Positions 41,052 to 51,849 of a stretch of DNA of 64,000 nt are shown one piece after another. Each line of letters opens with the position of its first letter. Position 1 is the first letter of the stretch. A model generated the notes under the pieces. That model saw only the letters and a list, made by a program, of their open reading frames with translations. It was not told the DNA's origin and did no database searches. The stretch comes from Massalongia carnosa (taxonomy: Eukaryota): positions 1,364,001 to 1,428,000 of the forward strand of contig OZ287071.1 in assembly GCA_965645245.1 (NCBI GenBank), read 5' to 3'. The position numbers and the translations under genes were made by a program.

Positions 41052-42275
41052 TCAAATCATTAGTCGTGATTCGTCGTAGATTCTGTGATGATTTCTGTAC
41101 CAGTCCGTGGGATCGCCACCTGGAATGCATAGTCCAAGCCTCCAGAAATAATCGCGATGGGCAAAGAACAATTGCCAGATACGATAACGGGCCGGAACAT
41201 TCAAGAACCCCTTATTAGTCTTTAGCAACTGCCTAAGCTTCTCAGTATTCAGAGTCTCTTCGAAATCCTTCGAATCAGGTTCCTTTGTTAGAGCTTCTAC
41301 GCCAGCAATGCAACTGGGGTCTTTGTCGCCTTTACAGGACCGAAGATCTGCAATCATAGGGGGCAATTCTGGCTTCGATATGTATATTTCTCCCGCGTGC
41401 ATTTTATAGCCCCATTCGCTTATGGGTAGTAAGGGAACAGGATCGCCAGCGTGCGTTACCCTTCTATACATGGAGCTAGCATTAACCTGACTTTCAAAGG
41501 CCTTGTCGAAGTATTGGACCAGCGCAAGATTTCCAACTCTTGGTTCTCCAAAGGTAGTGACTTGAGGCTTCCAGCCACGAGAATGAAACTCTAGGGACGC
41601 CAACGCAGCAACAGCCCCTCCTAAAGAATGCCCAACCAGGATAAGTTGATATTCTGGGTATTGGCCAATGAGCTCTTCCAAATGAGGGGTAACATATTCT
41701 TGGGTATTCCTCCACGAGGCCATGAAGCCTGCATGCACGGTACAATGTGGACATTTTGTGCCTTTGCCATTATCACCATCATCTGGATAAGGTACGTATT
41801 CTTGTGGCATGGTAGACAGGTCAAGGATGGTGTTTGTGATTGAGTAGGTTCCTCGAAAGGCAACAATGATCCTAGGAGTTGAAGGAGGATGAGAGATAAC
41901 AATATAGCCACAGCTATCAGAGAAAAAGGGACCCGAGTTCCATGTCTTTCGTAAAGTAGATCAGCATGGTAATCAGATACAGCGCAAGCCGAATATGGAA
42001 CTCACCGTAACGAGCTCAAACCCTTCAAACTCATGACATCTACTTACGCAGGAAAATGGTTTTCGTATGCCTGTGCCCGTCAAGCCTACACAGTATGAGA
42101 TGTCGACAATCCGGGATAATTCCTCGAGATCCGCAAAGAGCTCTGCGGAGATGTCATGATTCAAATCCAGAAGCGGTGCGCCACCGATAGGTTTCTGGAG
42201 GGCAGGAATGCTCTGTGCTAGGATTGCAAAGAAACCCCCAAAAAGTAACACGTAGCACACCTTCTGATAGAGCAT
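41052..42275 (-). CDS. Secreted class 3 lipase
   Basis: Signal peptide, LEELSRIVDISYC, VAFRGT, VHAGF, GHSLGG nucleophile elbow, TFGEPRVGN, THAGDPVP, HRDYF. Confidence 0.92.
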
Positions 42276-43631
42276 TATCTTAGCTTTCGCATTCTTAGTT
42301 ATACGTACAGAGCAGTACCGACAGAAGACTGCGTATAAAGTGGCGTTAAGTAGTTGCGAGTGTACTTATCAAATTTAGCCTAGCTTACTCTGTATGCAGG
42401 GTCCAAATGATCTCGATTGGACTCGTCGATCCATCAAACTATAAGTAATATGGGTTTGATACTCTGTACTCCGTACTATGTACATTATTTCGAGTACTCT
42501 ATGTGAAAAGTGAGGTGGATCCAATCGACAAGTCTCTCGGGACTGTTACTTTTTTCTCCAGCATCTATGGATCCGACAAGTCAAACCATTTCCGGGCTCG
42601 ATGTCTCGGTCTTTCCTGTTCAGCCCTTATTTCTCTGCCTCTGCGGTCCTAGTAGCAACCTGTTATCTACTTTGAGGGGGCTGTTTTGCTGTATCATTCC
42701 TTCTGAGTTTCTGTCGGGATAATCGTATTTTTCCATGATGCTAGCGTCAATGCAATACTGCTATAGCAACTTTACGGTCGGGCATAGCATATCAATGAAT
42801 TTAGCTGTCTTGTGGCCGTTGATCAAGCCAGACTCCAGCAATAGCACGACCATCACATACTGAAATCATGATTTCTGTTTCAAGTATCTCCGCTAAATGC
42901 AATACCAGTCAAATCTAATATTTTTCATGGTCTATTTGTCGGGTTCTCATTTTTAGTGCATCGTTATTTATCCAAAAGTCTCCTCGCTACAAGAACTCGG
43001 TGCAAGAAATTTAGGAATTTCAGATCCTAGACATCGATGTGTTCTAAGACGCCTGGTTTCCCCACAAGGGAAAGGTCTCGGATTACATGGTGAATAATCT
43101 GTAGATTGAAGACCTACATTACAGGTGTTTTGATTTCAACCGAGCGCCCTCCTGAAAAGCGCAGGAAATCCTTTAAAACAGATGTGGAATCATAGGAGTT
43201 ATCTTACGCTTCAATACCCGCAACAAGTAGTAAGCCTACATGGGTGAAGGCCCGCCAGGGAAGTGACACTGAAATGGGCGCGCATGTCCCAGCTTCATCA
43301 TTTGGTTGCTCATTCAACCGTCGATATATACGTTATGGGAAATAAGCTCTTGTCCTTTCCATGGTACAATGTTTCCATTTGTAAATGTGGCTGAATGGCG
43401 TCAAGGTTTGTTGTGTTTTTTACACATCCAGGAAACTATTCTTTAAGCCACTTATCTATATTTATTCTGGGCCAGACCCCCTTTTCCCCATGATTATCTG
43501 TTCAACGTATAGAGTTCTTCAAGTCCATTCTCAAGCTCTCTCAACAACTGCCAACCATCCCTTCTTGTTTCTTTCAAGTATTCATCCCATTGGGCATCGT
43601 TTTCCAAAGCTCTAATTTCGGAGAATACACT

Positions 43632-44191
43632 ATGACTGTTTCAATCACTGGCTTCGTGTTCATCTTGACGGCTCTAGTGGCCAGCTTCGTTGTGTTGATC
43701 AATGCGGACACCCTGATCGAAGAACGGTGTTTTTGCCGGAAACACCTCTTCAGCGGCGACGGCAGCGTCCTCATTGCAAAATACTACAGCGACGCAACAG
43801 ACGACACCGCTCTCGTAAGTTGGAAATGCCACAACCGCCATTGCGTGACGGAAGGCTGTAAGTTTTATTAGCGCTCCAAGTCCAGCCAACAGGGGCCCCC
43901 CGCTAAAGCTGTTTCGTTTCCTTAGACTTCTACGCCGATAAGAAGTGTACTCGGAGCGAGGCAGATGCTTTCACCTTTTGTTTTGAGTCCGGGAAGAATA
44001 GCTCCCACCAGTCCTACTCCGATAAGTACAGCATCGACAACAAGCCGTGGATCATTCTGGACGACTTGGGCACAGGCCAGGGACTGGTCAATACCTGTGA
44101 AGAACTGTGCAAATCGACCTTTGGGCTGCCGGTGTTTGGGGGTGCGAAAGCTGCTACTCATTTTTGGCAGTTCGATGTTCCGGACTGGTGA
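43632..44191 (+). CDS. Small secreted cysteine-rich protein (163 aa, 8 Cys), effector-like
   Basis: Hydrophobic N-terminus; intron 43858-43925 (GTAAGT...CTAAA...TTAG) joins an open second exon ending HFWQFDVPDW*. Confidence 0.72.
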
Positions 44192-44829
44192 ACCTGGGTG
44201 CTGTGGTTGCGCTCCTCCCCTAGATAGGAGAAACGTAAATATTGGAAAAGTCCCGCTAGTGAAGCGGATTTAATGCTCAAGGCTTGGAAACAACAACGAA
44301 TACTGCTGTTAATTAAGCACCAGGGAGCGCTCAATAGCCAGAGTACGGGATGTGTCGAAGGAGAAAAGCATAGTATCAGGCTTCACCAGCAGCTTTATAT
44401 GAAGAAAGAAACTGATGAGTAAGGATAATGTGGTAACCTTGACCAAGAATGTCAACAACAGAAAACACAAAAAAGCATAAAGGAACAGAGCTCATCACTA
44501 TACTATGCAAGAGGCTGGTCTGTTGTGATGGGGTACTAATGCTACCCACTGACCAATCGTAGGACTTACATGTAGAGGAGCCAATACCATACTCACCGAA
44601 GGGCATAAGGGGCTATCTTTGGCACACCATTCGAGGACCGGAAGAAGGGTATCAGTCGAAGAGTGAGAGAGTTATCTAGATAGAAGATTAAACCAATGAC
44701 TATTTTATTTCAGTAATTTATTGCTTGCTTGCATTTTTCCTTTCTTGTTGAGTTGGTCCAGCCGTGAAACGTCTGGGCTGGCCATTGCTACGGGTCATAC
44801 TCCGTACTACACTACCAGATCCGTGTCAT

Positions 44830-45010
44830 ATTACCCAACATTACAGCACGGGTCACCTTGGGTAATGATGTGGGTAATAATTACCCAACTTTAATTTTAA
44901 CGTCCAATATTACACAACGTTACAGCACCGTCGGGTAATGGTTACCCAACTTTAAGTTTAACATCCCATATTACCCAGCACCGTCACCTTGGGTAATGAT
45001 TACCCAACTT
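44830..45010. repeat. Left subterminal repeat array (ATTACCCAAC / GGGTAAT, both orientations)
   Basis: About ten copies of TTACCCA or GGGTAA in 180 bp, with longer duplicated units such as GTCACCTTGGGTAATGAT. Confidence 0.85.
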
Positions 45011-45135
45011 GAGTTCAAGTCGTACCCGAGCCAGCTTATCTCCTCCCTCCTCTCCCTTACGAGAGGTTAGTAAGCAAACATTGACAAGCCAGAACGCGCT
45101 ATTGTTTTGTTTGTTAATTTTCTTTTAATTTCCTA

Positions 45136-47077
45136 ATCGTGCTAGACCACTTTCGGAATGCAGAGAGCACCCCTTAGTGCTTACCGGCTCAAAGACGCTA
45201 CCGGCTCAAAGACGCATTTTCAACATTTTACACCTCAACTTCGACACGTCAACAATCAACAACATAATGGTCAATTCATATTCAGCTATCGAGGATCGAA
45301 TTGACAGTGCAATTGACGCGTTACATGATGGTTTGTATACTAATTGTCGAGCTGCAGCTATAGCTTTTGACGTTGCCCCTCGTACGGTTCAAAAACGATG
45401 GAATGGAGGCAACTCCAAAAGCAGTCGACCTAGTACCAACAAAGCTCTGACGGATGAGCAAGAACAAGCTGTTCGTGACTACATCGAGCGATTGGACAAG
45501 GCCAACATGTGTGCGCGACCCAAATTGATCGTGGGGGCTGCAAATTATCTGATTCGTTTTGAGAATCGTACTCTTGGTCATCAGTGGCTGAAGCGATTTC
45601 TTGATCGAAATCCCGAGCTTCATGTACGAAAACAGAAGCCTCTCGCAGTCGATCGAAAAAATAGTCACGACGTTAACGATATGGTTGAATATTTCAGCAA
45701 ATTAGAAAGGGTGATGAGGGAAAAGGGAATAACGGAGCTGGATGTATGGAATATGGACGAAACAGGCTTTCGAATTGGATGCGGACGAGCTCAAATAGTA
45801 ATCACCTTGGACCCACGAAAGCCTCTTCGTATGACTGATCCGGATAATCGTGACTACATTACTTCTGTAGAGTGTATCAGCTCGGCCGGTGACGTTATTC
45901 CACCATTACTTATTCTTTCGGGTATTCATATTCTTCATAAATGGTGTCAACACAACGATCTCGACGGAGAGACGTTGATTGGGACCAGCGAGACCGGCTA
46001 TTCAAATGACGATTTAGCCATGGATTGGCTTCGTCATTTCATCGAGCATACACGGACTAAAAGACGTGGAGCTTGGCTACTTCTAGTCATCGACGGGTTT
46101 GGGTCTCATTCAACCATTCCGTTTTTGAAGCTGGCCACTGAAAATCAGATCGTTCTATTTCGTCTTCCAGCACATTCTACTCATTTGACTCAGCCGTTAG
46201 ATGTAGGTGTTTTTCAGCCGTACAAACACTATCATGCTGAGGCCATTGATCATGCGATACGAATGGGAGACACGGAATTTGGAAAATTGGAATTTTTAGC
46301 CGCATTCCAGGAATTTCGCAACAAGACATTCAAATCATCTACTATTCGTCATGCATTCAGGACCACCGGCATCGTCCCATTCAATCCGAACATGGTACTC
46401 GACGTCATTCGTCAGAAGCAAGCTGCAGCCTTGGAAATTAGGAATGAACCCCGCACCCCGAGCCCCCTACCTCTTCAATTTCATGAGCGCACCCCTCGAG
46501 GCCCCGAATCAATCAGAAAATTCGGTCACAAATTGCAAAGGGCATTGACCGCGGCCGGGCCGATCGGTGGATGGATGGATAAAAAAACAGTGGACGGTTT
46601 TCAGAAATTTATTAGGGCCTCCATCACCTCCGCCAACACCCTAGATTTGACTACGCGGGACCTTCAGCAAGTGCAAAAAGCCACCACATCGCGTAAAAGT
46701 CGGGCCGCTCTCGGGGGTCAGGTAGCTGCAAAGGGTGGAGTCATAAAAGTCAGTCAATGTAGAGAATTATGTTCAATTCGTCAAAAAAAAGAGGAAGAAA
46801 AGGCTAGACGAAAGGAACAAAGGGAGGCTAATAAGGGGAAAAAGGCCTCATCAACCCAGTTAGACAACGTCCGATTTTTACTAGGGCAGGGCCTGTTAGT
46901 AGAACAGACTGAGCAGTAGATTTTAAACCCGAAATGAAGCTATTTGGACGTCTTTTCATGAAGGTCTGATTTTTTTAATGTTGAGGTGTTGAAAAATGCG
47001 TCTTTGAGCCGGTAGCGTCTTTGAGCCGGTAAGCACTAAGGGGTGCTCTCTGCATTCCGAAAGTGGTCTAGCACGAT
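45136..47077 (+). mobile_element. pogo/Fot1-family (Tc1-mariner) DNA transposon
   Basis: Near-perfect TIRs of about 88 bp containing TACCGGCTCAAAGACGC twice; TA duplication at 45134-45135 and 47078-47079; single DDE ORF inside. Confidence 0.93.
45267..46919 (+). CDS. pogo/Fot1 DDE_1 transposase (550 aa)
   Basis: N-terminal HTH and CENP-B-like HTH (LGHQWLKRFLDR); catalytic WNMDETGF, VIDGFGSH and QPLDVGVF; no internal stops. Confidence 0.95.
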   Translation: MVNSYSAIEDRIDSAIDALHDGLYTNCRAAAIAFDVAPRTVQKRWNGGNSKSSRPSTNKALTDEQEQAVRDYIERLDKANMCARPKLIVGAANYLIRFENRTLGHQWLKRFLDRNPELHVRKQKPLAVDRKNSHDVNDMVEYFSKLERVMREKGITELDVWNMDETGFRIGCGRAQIVITLDPRKPLRMTDPDNRDYITSVECISSAGDVIPPLLILSGIHILHKWCQHNDLDGETLIGTSETGYSNDDLAMDWLRHFIEHTRTKRRGAWLLLVIDGFGSHSTIPFLKLATENQIVLFRLPAHSTHLTQPLDVGVFQPYKHYHAEAIDHAIRMGDTEFGKLEFLAAFQEFRNKTFKSSTIRHAFRTTGIVPFNPNMVLDVIRQKQAAALEIRNEPRTPSPLPLQFHERTPRGPESIRKFGHKLQRALTAAGPIGGWMDKKTVDGFQKFIRASITSANTLDLTTRDLQQVQKATTSRKSRAALGGQVAAKGGVIKVSQCRELCSIRQKKEEEKARRKEQREANKGKKASSTQLDNVRFLLGQGLLVEQTEQ

Positions 47078-47210
47078 TAGATCCTGTCTTGAAGAAAATG
47101 TTCTCCTTGCTTTCTCATCCTTCCATCTCTCGCAACCTCTTCCCTCTTCACAACCTCTTCTATCTTCCATCTCTTTCATCATTTGTTTCTATCTTTACAC
47201 TCAATCAACA

Positions 47211-48878
47211 ATGTCTCCTCCCAATATTCATAAGCGAAAAGCAGTAAGATCTATTCCGACCAGGTCATATCGTAATTGCCTTCCGCATCAAAAACATCTG
47301 GCTCTCACCTGCTTGGTATCTACACTGGCAATTTGCGCCCATGCATGTCCCTGTCTCTTAGTCCGTACAGACTATGCTTCTACGATATGATATAAATAAT
47401 ATTACATGTGGCCGGTGCAGATGCCAAGCAGGTGGTGTTTCTAATGCGGTAGGAAATCATAACATGACCTAACGGTTTGTTCAGCCATTATCATATATTG
47501 ATCTTTGAATATTTAGACTCATGCTGGCTTGAACAATCTAGAGCTTTCAAATACGGCACCTTCAATGCGAAATGGAGACCCTTCGGCTTCTTTGGAGACC
47601 GGTACATCCGCATGGGACCTAGCCCTGGCAAGAATCATTTCCATGTTGATATAATTAATTTACCATTCTAATTAAATTGTTAAAGGCACTTCTCTGGGTA
47701 ATGCGCCATCATCGTCGTCTTCAAATAACCCGCATCCTCGATCAGCAACCGACTCTACGCGATTACCGCTTGCTACGCAAGGTCCTGTATTTACATCAGA
47801 GCAAGCCGCTATCTTTCGATCGATTCAACGGGAAGATCCTTTGGATCACGACCTTGTCGAAACTTTTATCAAGGTATGGCATGAACTTGTTCCCTCTCTT
47901 AATATGTATGTAATCGCACACGTCAATGTCTCATGTTTTATTTAGAACATGCTTTTTAATGATACATATTAGAGTTCCACGGGGTACCAACTAGCATCTA
48001 TATACAAGCTTCAGTTGCAAAATAGGAAGGAGATCACACGGATTAAAAAGGAAGCCAAATCTACAAAATATGCCACAGAGCTACGGGCGGTTTGTGTAAT
48101 CTTTCAGCATAATACTTGTGGCTCATGTTTGCAGATAATCAGACCCATAATACGCCGACGCTTAACTTTGGAACGATACAAAGAAAGCACATGGAGCGAT
48201 CCCAAGCAAGTATTAGTACGTTATCGTTAGGCTCGTTTGGTATTCCATAGCTAATACTATCGTTAAGACCTCATTACGAGGTCATTTTCCTTCCGACCTA
48301 ATACTTCTAGACAATGCTGTCGCTTTAGTGGGGAAAGTCCGCATAGAGGAAAAGGCTAAACTAAAGGAACGACTCCTCAAGTGTCAAGATGTTGTCGATA
48401 AACCTCTTGCGGATTTTGCCGAATGCCTAAGGTCAGAAGTGGACTCGGAGACCAAACATGTGGACAATGATATGTCTTTGTGGGAAGCAGCAGCTTGTTG
48501 GGTAGGCTTCCCTTCATATTTTTGTCTCGCATCTTGTTTATTGCAAAAGCTAATATCAATGAATGATAGAGATATGTTGTTCTTGAGCAGATGGAAAAGA
48601 AAGAAGGAAGTTTCTGGTTCCAGGTTGATAAAATTTTGATGAATATAGACGCAGACTGGTACGTCAAACTGAATAACTCTTATCTTTTCTGTGGTAGAGT
48701 TTCTTCATGAACTAATTTGAACAGGGACTTTTATACTCCTGACGTATTAGAGTATGGTCTTGCGTCTCTAAGTGACGGCTTAACTTTGGCTCAAAATCCC
48801 ACTCTCGATACTGCTTTGGGTTCGAATAATACAACACCGCTGGCAGAGGATGAAGATAACGATAATTCTACTGAATAA
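47211..48878 (+). CDS. Multi-exon accessory protein inside the CACTA-like element; 5' exons unresolved
   Basis: Exons from about 47517 to 48878 join in frame through GT-AG introns: ...DHDLVETFIK|SSTGYQ...ELRA|IIRP...KQVL|TSLRG...WEAAACW|RYVV...FWFQVDKILMNIDADW|DFY...STE*. Confidence 0.62.
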
Positions 48879-49204
48879 GGCGAGTTGAGTTGTTCTAGGC
48901 TAGGAATTGATCCACTGGACGGTTGTTTCTTGATCGGTCGGACCGAGCTCAAAGAAAGGAAGAGGGGAAGGGCCGGGCAGACATAGACTGTACAGGTTTT
49001 ATATATGAAGATAATGTGATCTGGGTATCATTGTCTATACGAGAAAGCCTAATCATTAGATATCCTCGAGACAGATTAAATACAAGTTTTTTCTTCGATT
49101 TTGATTCAGGATGCAGATTTGGCGGCGGCGCCAGTGAGCCTGTAATATTGAGTCGCAAGCTCCAAACTAAGTTTTAATGCATCATGAGTCATCATTTACG
49201 TTAA

Positions 49205-49350
49205 ATGAGGTAATGGTTACCCGATTGTTGGGTAATGGTTACCCAATTATGCTCCTCATCATTATGTAACGTTATCCCCTCATGGTGGTTAGAAAACATT
49301 ACCCAACGTTATATAAGGATACAACCGTAACCATTAGGTAACGTTATGCA
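49205..49350. repeat. Right subterminal repeat array (GGTAATGGTTACCC / ATTACCCAAC / TAACGTTAT)
   Basis: Same motif family as the array at 44830-45010. Confidence 0.8.
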
Positions 49351-49559
49351 GATATGGTAGTGTACGTGCAAGTTCGTGGATTACGTAAAAACATAAAGCA
49401 AGAAGTGTAAATATACCCAAGGAGAAAAGGAGACGAGGGAGGTTGGAACTGACGAGGAGAAGCATCGCTTGAATCATGGAAATCGGAATTAATAGGTATA
49501 TAGGGAAGCAGAAGGACTGTAAAGACCATGGTAACCAACGCCAGGCAAAAATGGCTACA

Positions 49560-50382
49560 TCAAGAACCGACAGCATGCGCAAAAACCTTCGCGGCAAGCT
49601 CACTTAGGAGCCTTGTCTTATCTGCTTGGGGCAACGAGAGGAACACGCTGTAGACGCTCTTTCCTCGGGCATCCCTCACTGCGCCTAGCCTATTTCCAGC
49701 CACGGCGCCGGCCAACGCGCCGGGGAAGTTAGCCATGATGAAGCCCATCGCACCTCCACTCAGCCCTCCGACCAGACTCCAGAACTTGCCGGTGGGCTTG
49801 GCCTCCTGGCCTTCGGCCAATCCCTCTTCTCGCAACATTTCCTCGAAGACCGAGCCAAACTGCTCATTGCTGTACCTTTCGCTATCGGCCGGGGTTTTGG
49901 CGCCGAATCCAAACGATGACCATGGAAACCCCCCTCCACCTGAATTCCCTTGTCGCGGGATCTCCTCCTCGGGATCCGAATCTGCGGCTGCAGAACCCGA
50001 GAAACCATGATAGGAGCGTGCAGAGTCATACTCGCGACGGCGGGAAGGGTCGGAGAGGGTAAAGTAGGCATCATTGATCAGCTGGAATTTTTTGGTTCGG
50101 AGGGAACGCGGTCAGGATGAGATTTTAGTGCTTGTCTTGAATTGATGTTAGTTCATACGTGGAAATGACTACGGTGTGGCCCCACGGACTTCTTGTAGGC
50201 ATCTCGAATTTGCTGCGGCGTTGCGCTAGTCGACACATCGAGAATAGCATCTGGTTCTGTCAGACTGTAGTTATGGGGGATCTCGAACTAATCATACAAT
50301 AATCGGGAGGCTGATCTACAAGTCGAAGGTCAGCAAAGACAAAGGGTACAATCCCTTTAAAAAAGATTTACTTGCTGGACAT
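49560..50382 (-). pseudogene. DnaJ-domain protein gene with a frameshift just after HPD (or a 1-nt sequence error)
   Basis: PDY|YAILDVSTSATPQQIRDAYK|KQALKSHPDRVPSEPKNSS* stops at 50078-50080, while KKFQLINDAYFTLSDPSRRREYD...GNRLGAVRDARGKSVY continues in the -1 frame. Confidence 0.7.
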
Positions 50383-50943
50383 GTTCTTGGAGGACGTTTG
50401 AGATATACTTGAATTGCCAGAGCAGGTTAGATAGAGCACTTGGCCCACTCTCTTTGCAGGCGTGTTGATAATAGCAAGTCTAGAAACAAATAGAGAAGGA
50501 GAAGTACCCCGTCCAAACTGATTTAGGTACTATCTACAGAGCAAGGTTGTGATGGAAAGCGAGAAGCTGGATCACGATCACTTGGTGGATGACGCAAGTT
50601 GTATGGGGATGTGGCTGCGTGGGGTGGCTTCCCCGGTTTCATACCTTGTAGCTACTTAGGTACCTAGTCCTGGCAGGCTGGAGACTAAATTATTAATGGC
50701 CTAGTCAAGCCGGAAAGGGATCGATTTCAGGCGTCCTCCTGCATGAACGTCAAAACATCATGCCTGAGATTTCCAGCCTCTCATTCTTGGCTAGCCATTC
50801 TTGGATCTTGATGCTGAGCTCTCGAAATTTTACCTCGATTCACTAATGGTCCGGGGATGATGACCTTGAAACTCACTTGTCAAGCCAACTTTTGATACCG
50901 AACGACTAAATATAACTCTTTCCGCTCTCCCCGCAAAATTATC

Positions 50944-51327
50944 ATGGCCTGGTTTTCCGGCCCCGGTTCCCCGTCTAGGCACTCTTCTCGGCATTCGTCC
51001 ACCTCGCAATATCGCCGTCGCCCACGAGATGGCTACATCAAGGGCATCATGCATCAGATCAAACGCATCATGCGCGATCTCTACGGCTACGCCCGTCGCC
51101 ATCCGCTCAAAGTCTTCATGCTAGTGGTAATGCCCTTGCTCACGGGTGGGGCGTTGCACAATGTCCTTAAAAAACTCGGCATACGGCTACCCGCCACCAT
51201 GTCTGGAGCGATGAGAAGTTTTGGAGATTCACGAGGCGGGTTTGGAGAGCGCCGCGGGGGTTTGGGGGATCTTGGTGGAGGCGGAGGAATTCAAAGCATC
51301 ATGAAGATTGCTCAGATGTTCATTTAA
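50944..51327 (+). CDS. Small fungal hypothetical protein with one hydrophobic segment and a Gly-rich tail
   Basis: RRRPRDGYI...YARRHPLKVFMLVVMPLLTGGAL...LGIRLP...MKIAQMFI. Confidence 0.75.
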   Translation: MAWFSGPGSPSRHSSRHSSTSQYRRRPRDGYIKGIMHQIKRIMRDLYGYARRHPLKVFMLVVMPLLTGGALHNVLKKLGIRLPATMSGAMRSFGDSRGGFGERRGGLGDLGGGGGIQSIMKIAQMFI

Positions 51328-51849
51328 GTCTGTGGCATATTATGAGAGGAAAATAGGTATGTGAGATGGTGTTTATCTAGGGAAAGTCTACTACTAATTT
51401 CCTATCAGGTTGGGGTCTCAACGAGCTATCGATATATAGAGTAGTCGCTTCAGCGTACGGTTGATTACAACTCACCCGGCTGGTGGTGTACTTCTTTCCA
51501 TCACTTGGGATAATCTTCTTTACGGTTGCATGCATGTTACTCATTCTATTTTATACGGTCATGCGGATTTATTCTTATGATCACTCATGTTGACCAACTG
51601 CCTGTTTCGATAGGCTCTGCTCATTGTATATTTGTAAACTACTTGATGCCTAATGGATGGCGAGTAAGGCTTGCACCCTTACAGCCCACCATCTTCATTT
51701 ATCGCGGAAAAATAATTAGTTGATTATATCGAGCAGCGGCTCTACTTTACATAATGGTAAGAGAGGACGGTTTCGAAAAAATCTAGTCATTCCAGATTGG
51801 TTGTGTGCCAGCCAAAATCTTCCAAAAACCAGCATCTGATCTATACCAT

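Larger units (their letters stand above)
44810..49362. mobile_element. Non-autonomous CACTA/CMC-like DNA element with a nested pogo transposon
   Basis: Ends CACTACCAGATC... and ...GATATGGTAGTG; imperfect TIR (21 of 29 matches); TA on both sides; subterminal TTACCCAA/GGGTAA repeats at both ends. Confidence 0.72.

Noticed and set aside
44830..45010. Repeat array considered as CRISPR or telomeric repeat
   Set aside because: Eukaryotic context, irregular spacing, both orientations and not TTAGGG; better explained as transposon subterminal repeats.
47677..47913. ORF-track 78-aa frame as an exon of the accessory gene
   Set aside because: Its splice phase leads to a stop in the next exon; the alternative frame (GTSLGNAPSS...) joins cleanly.
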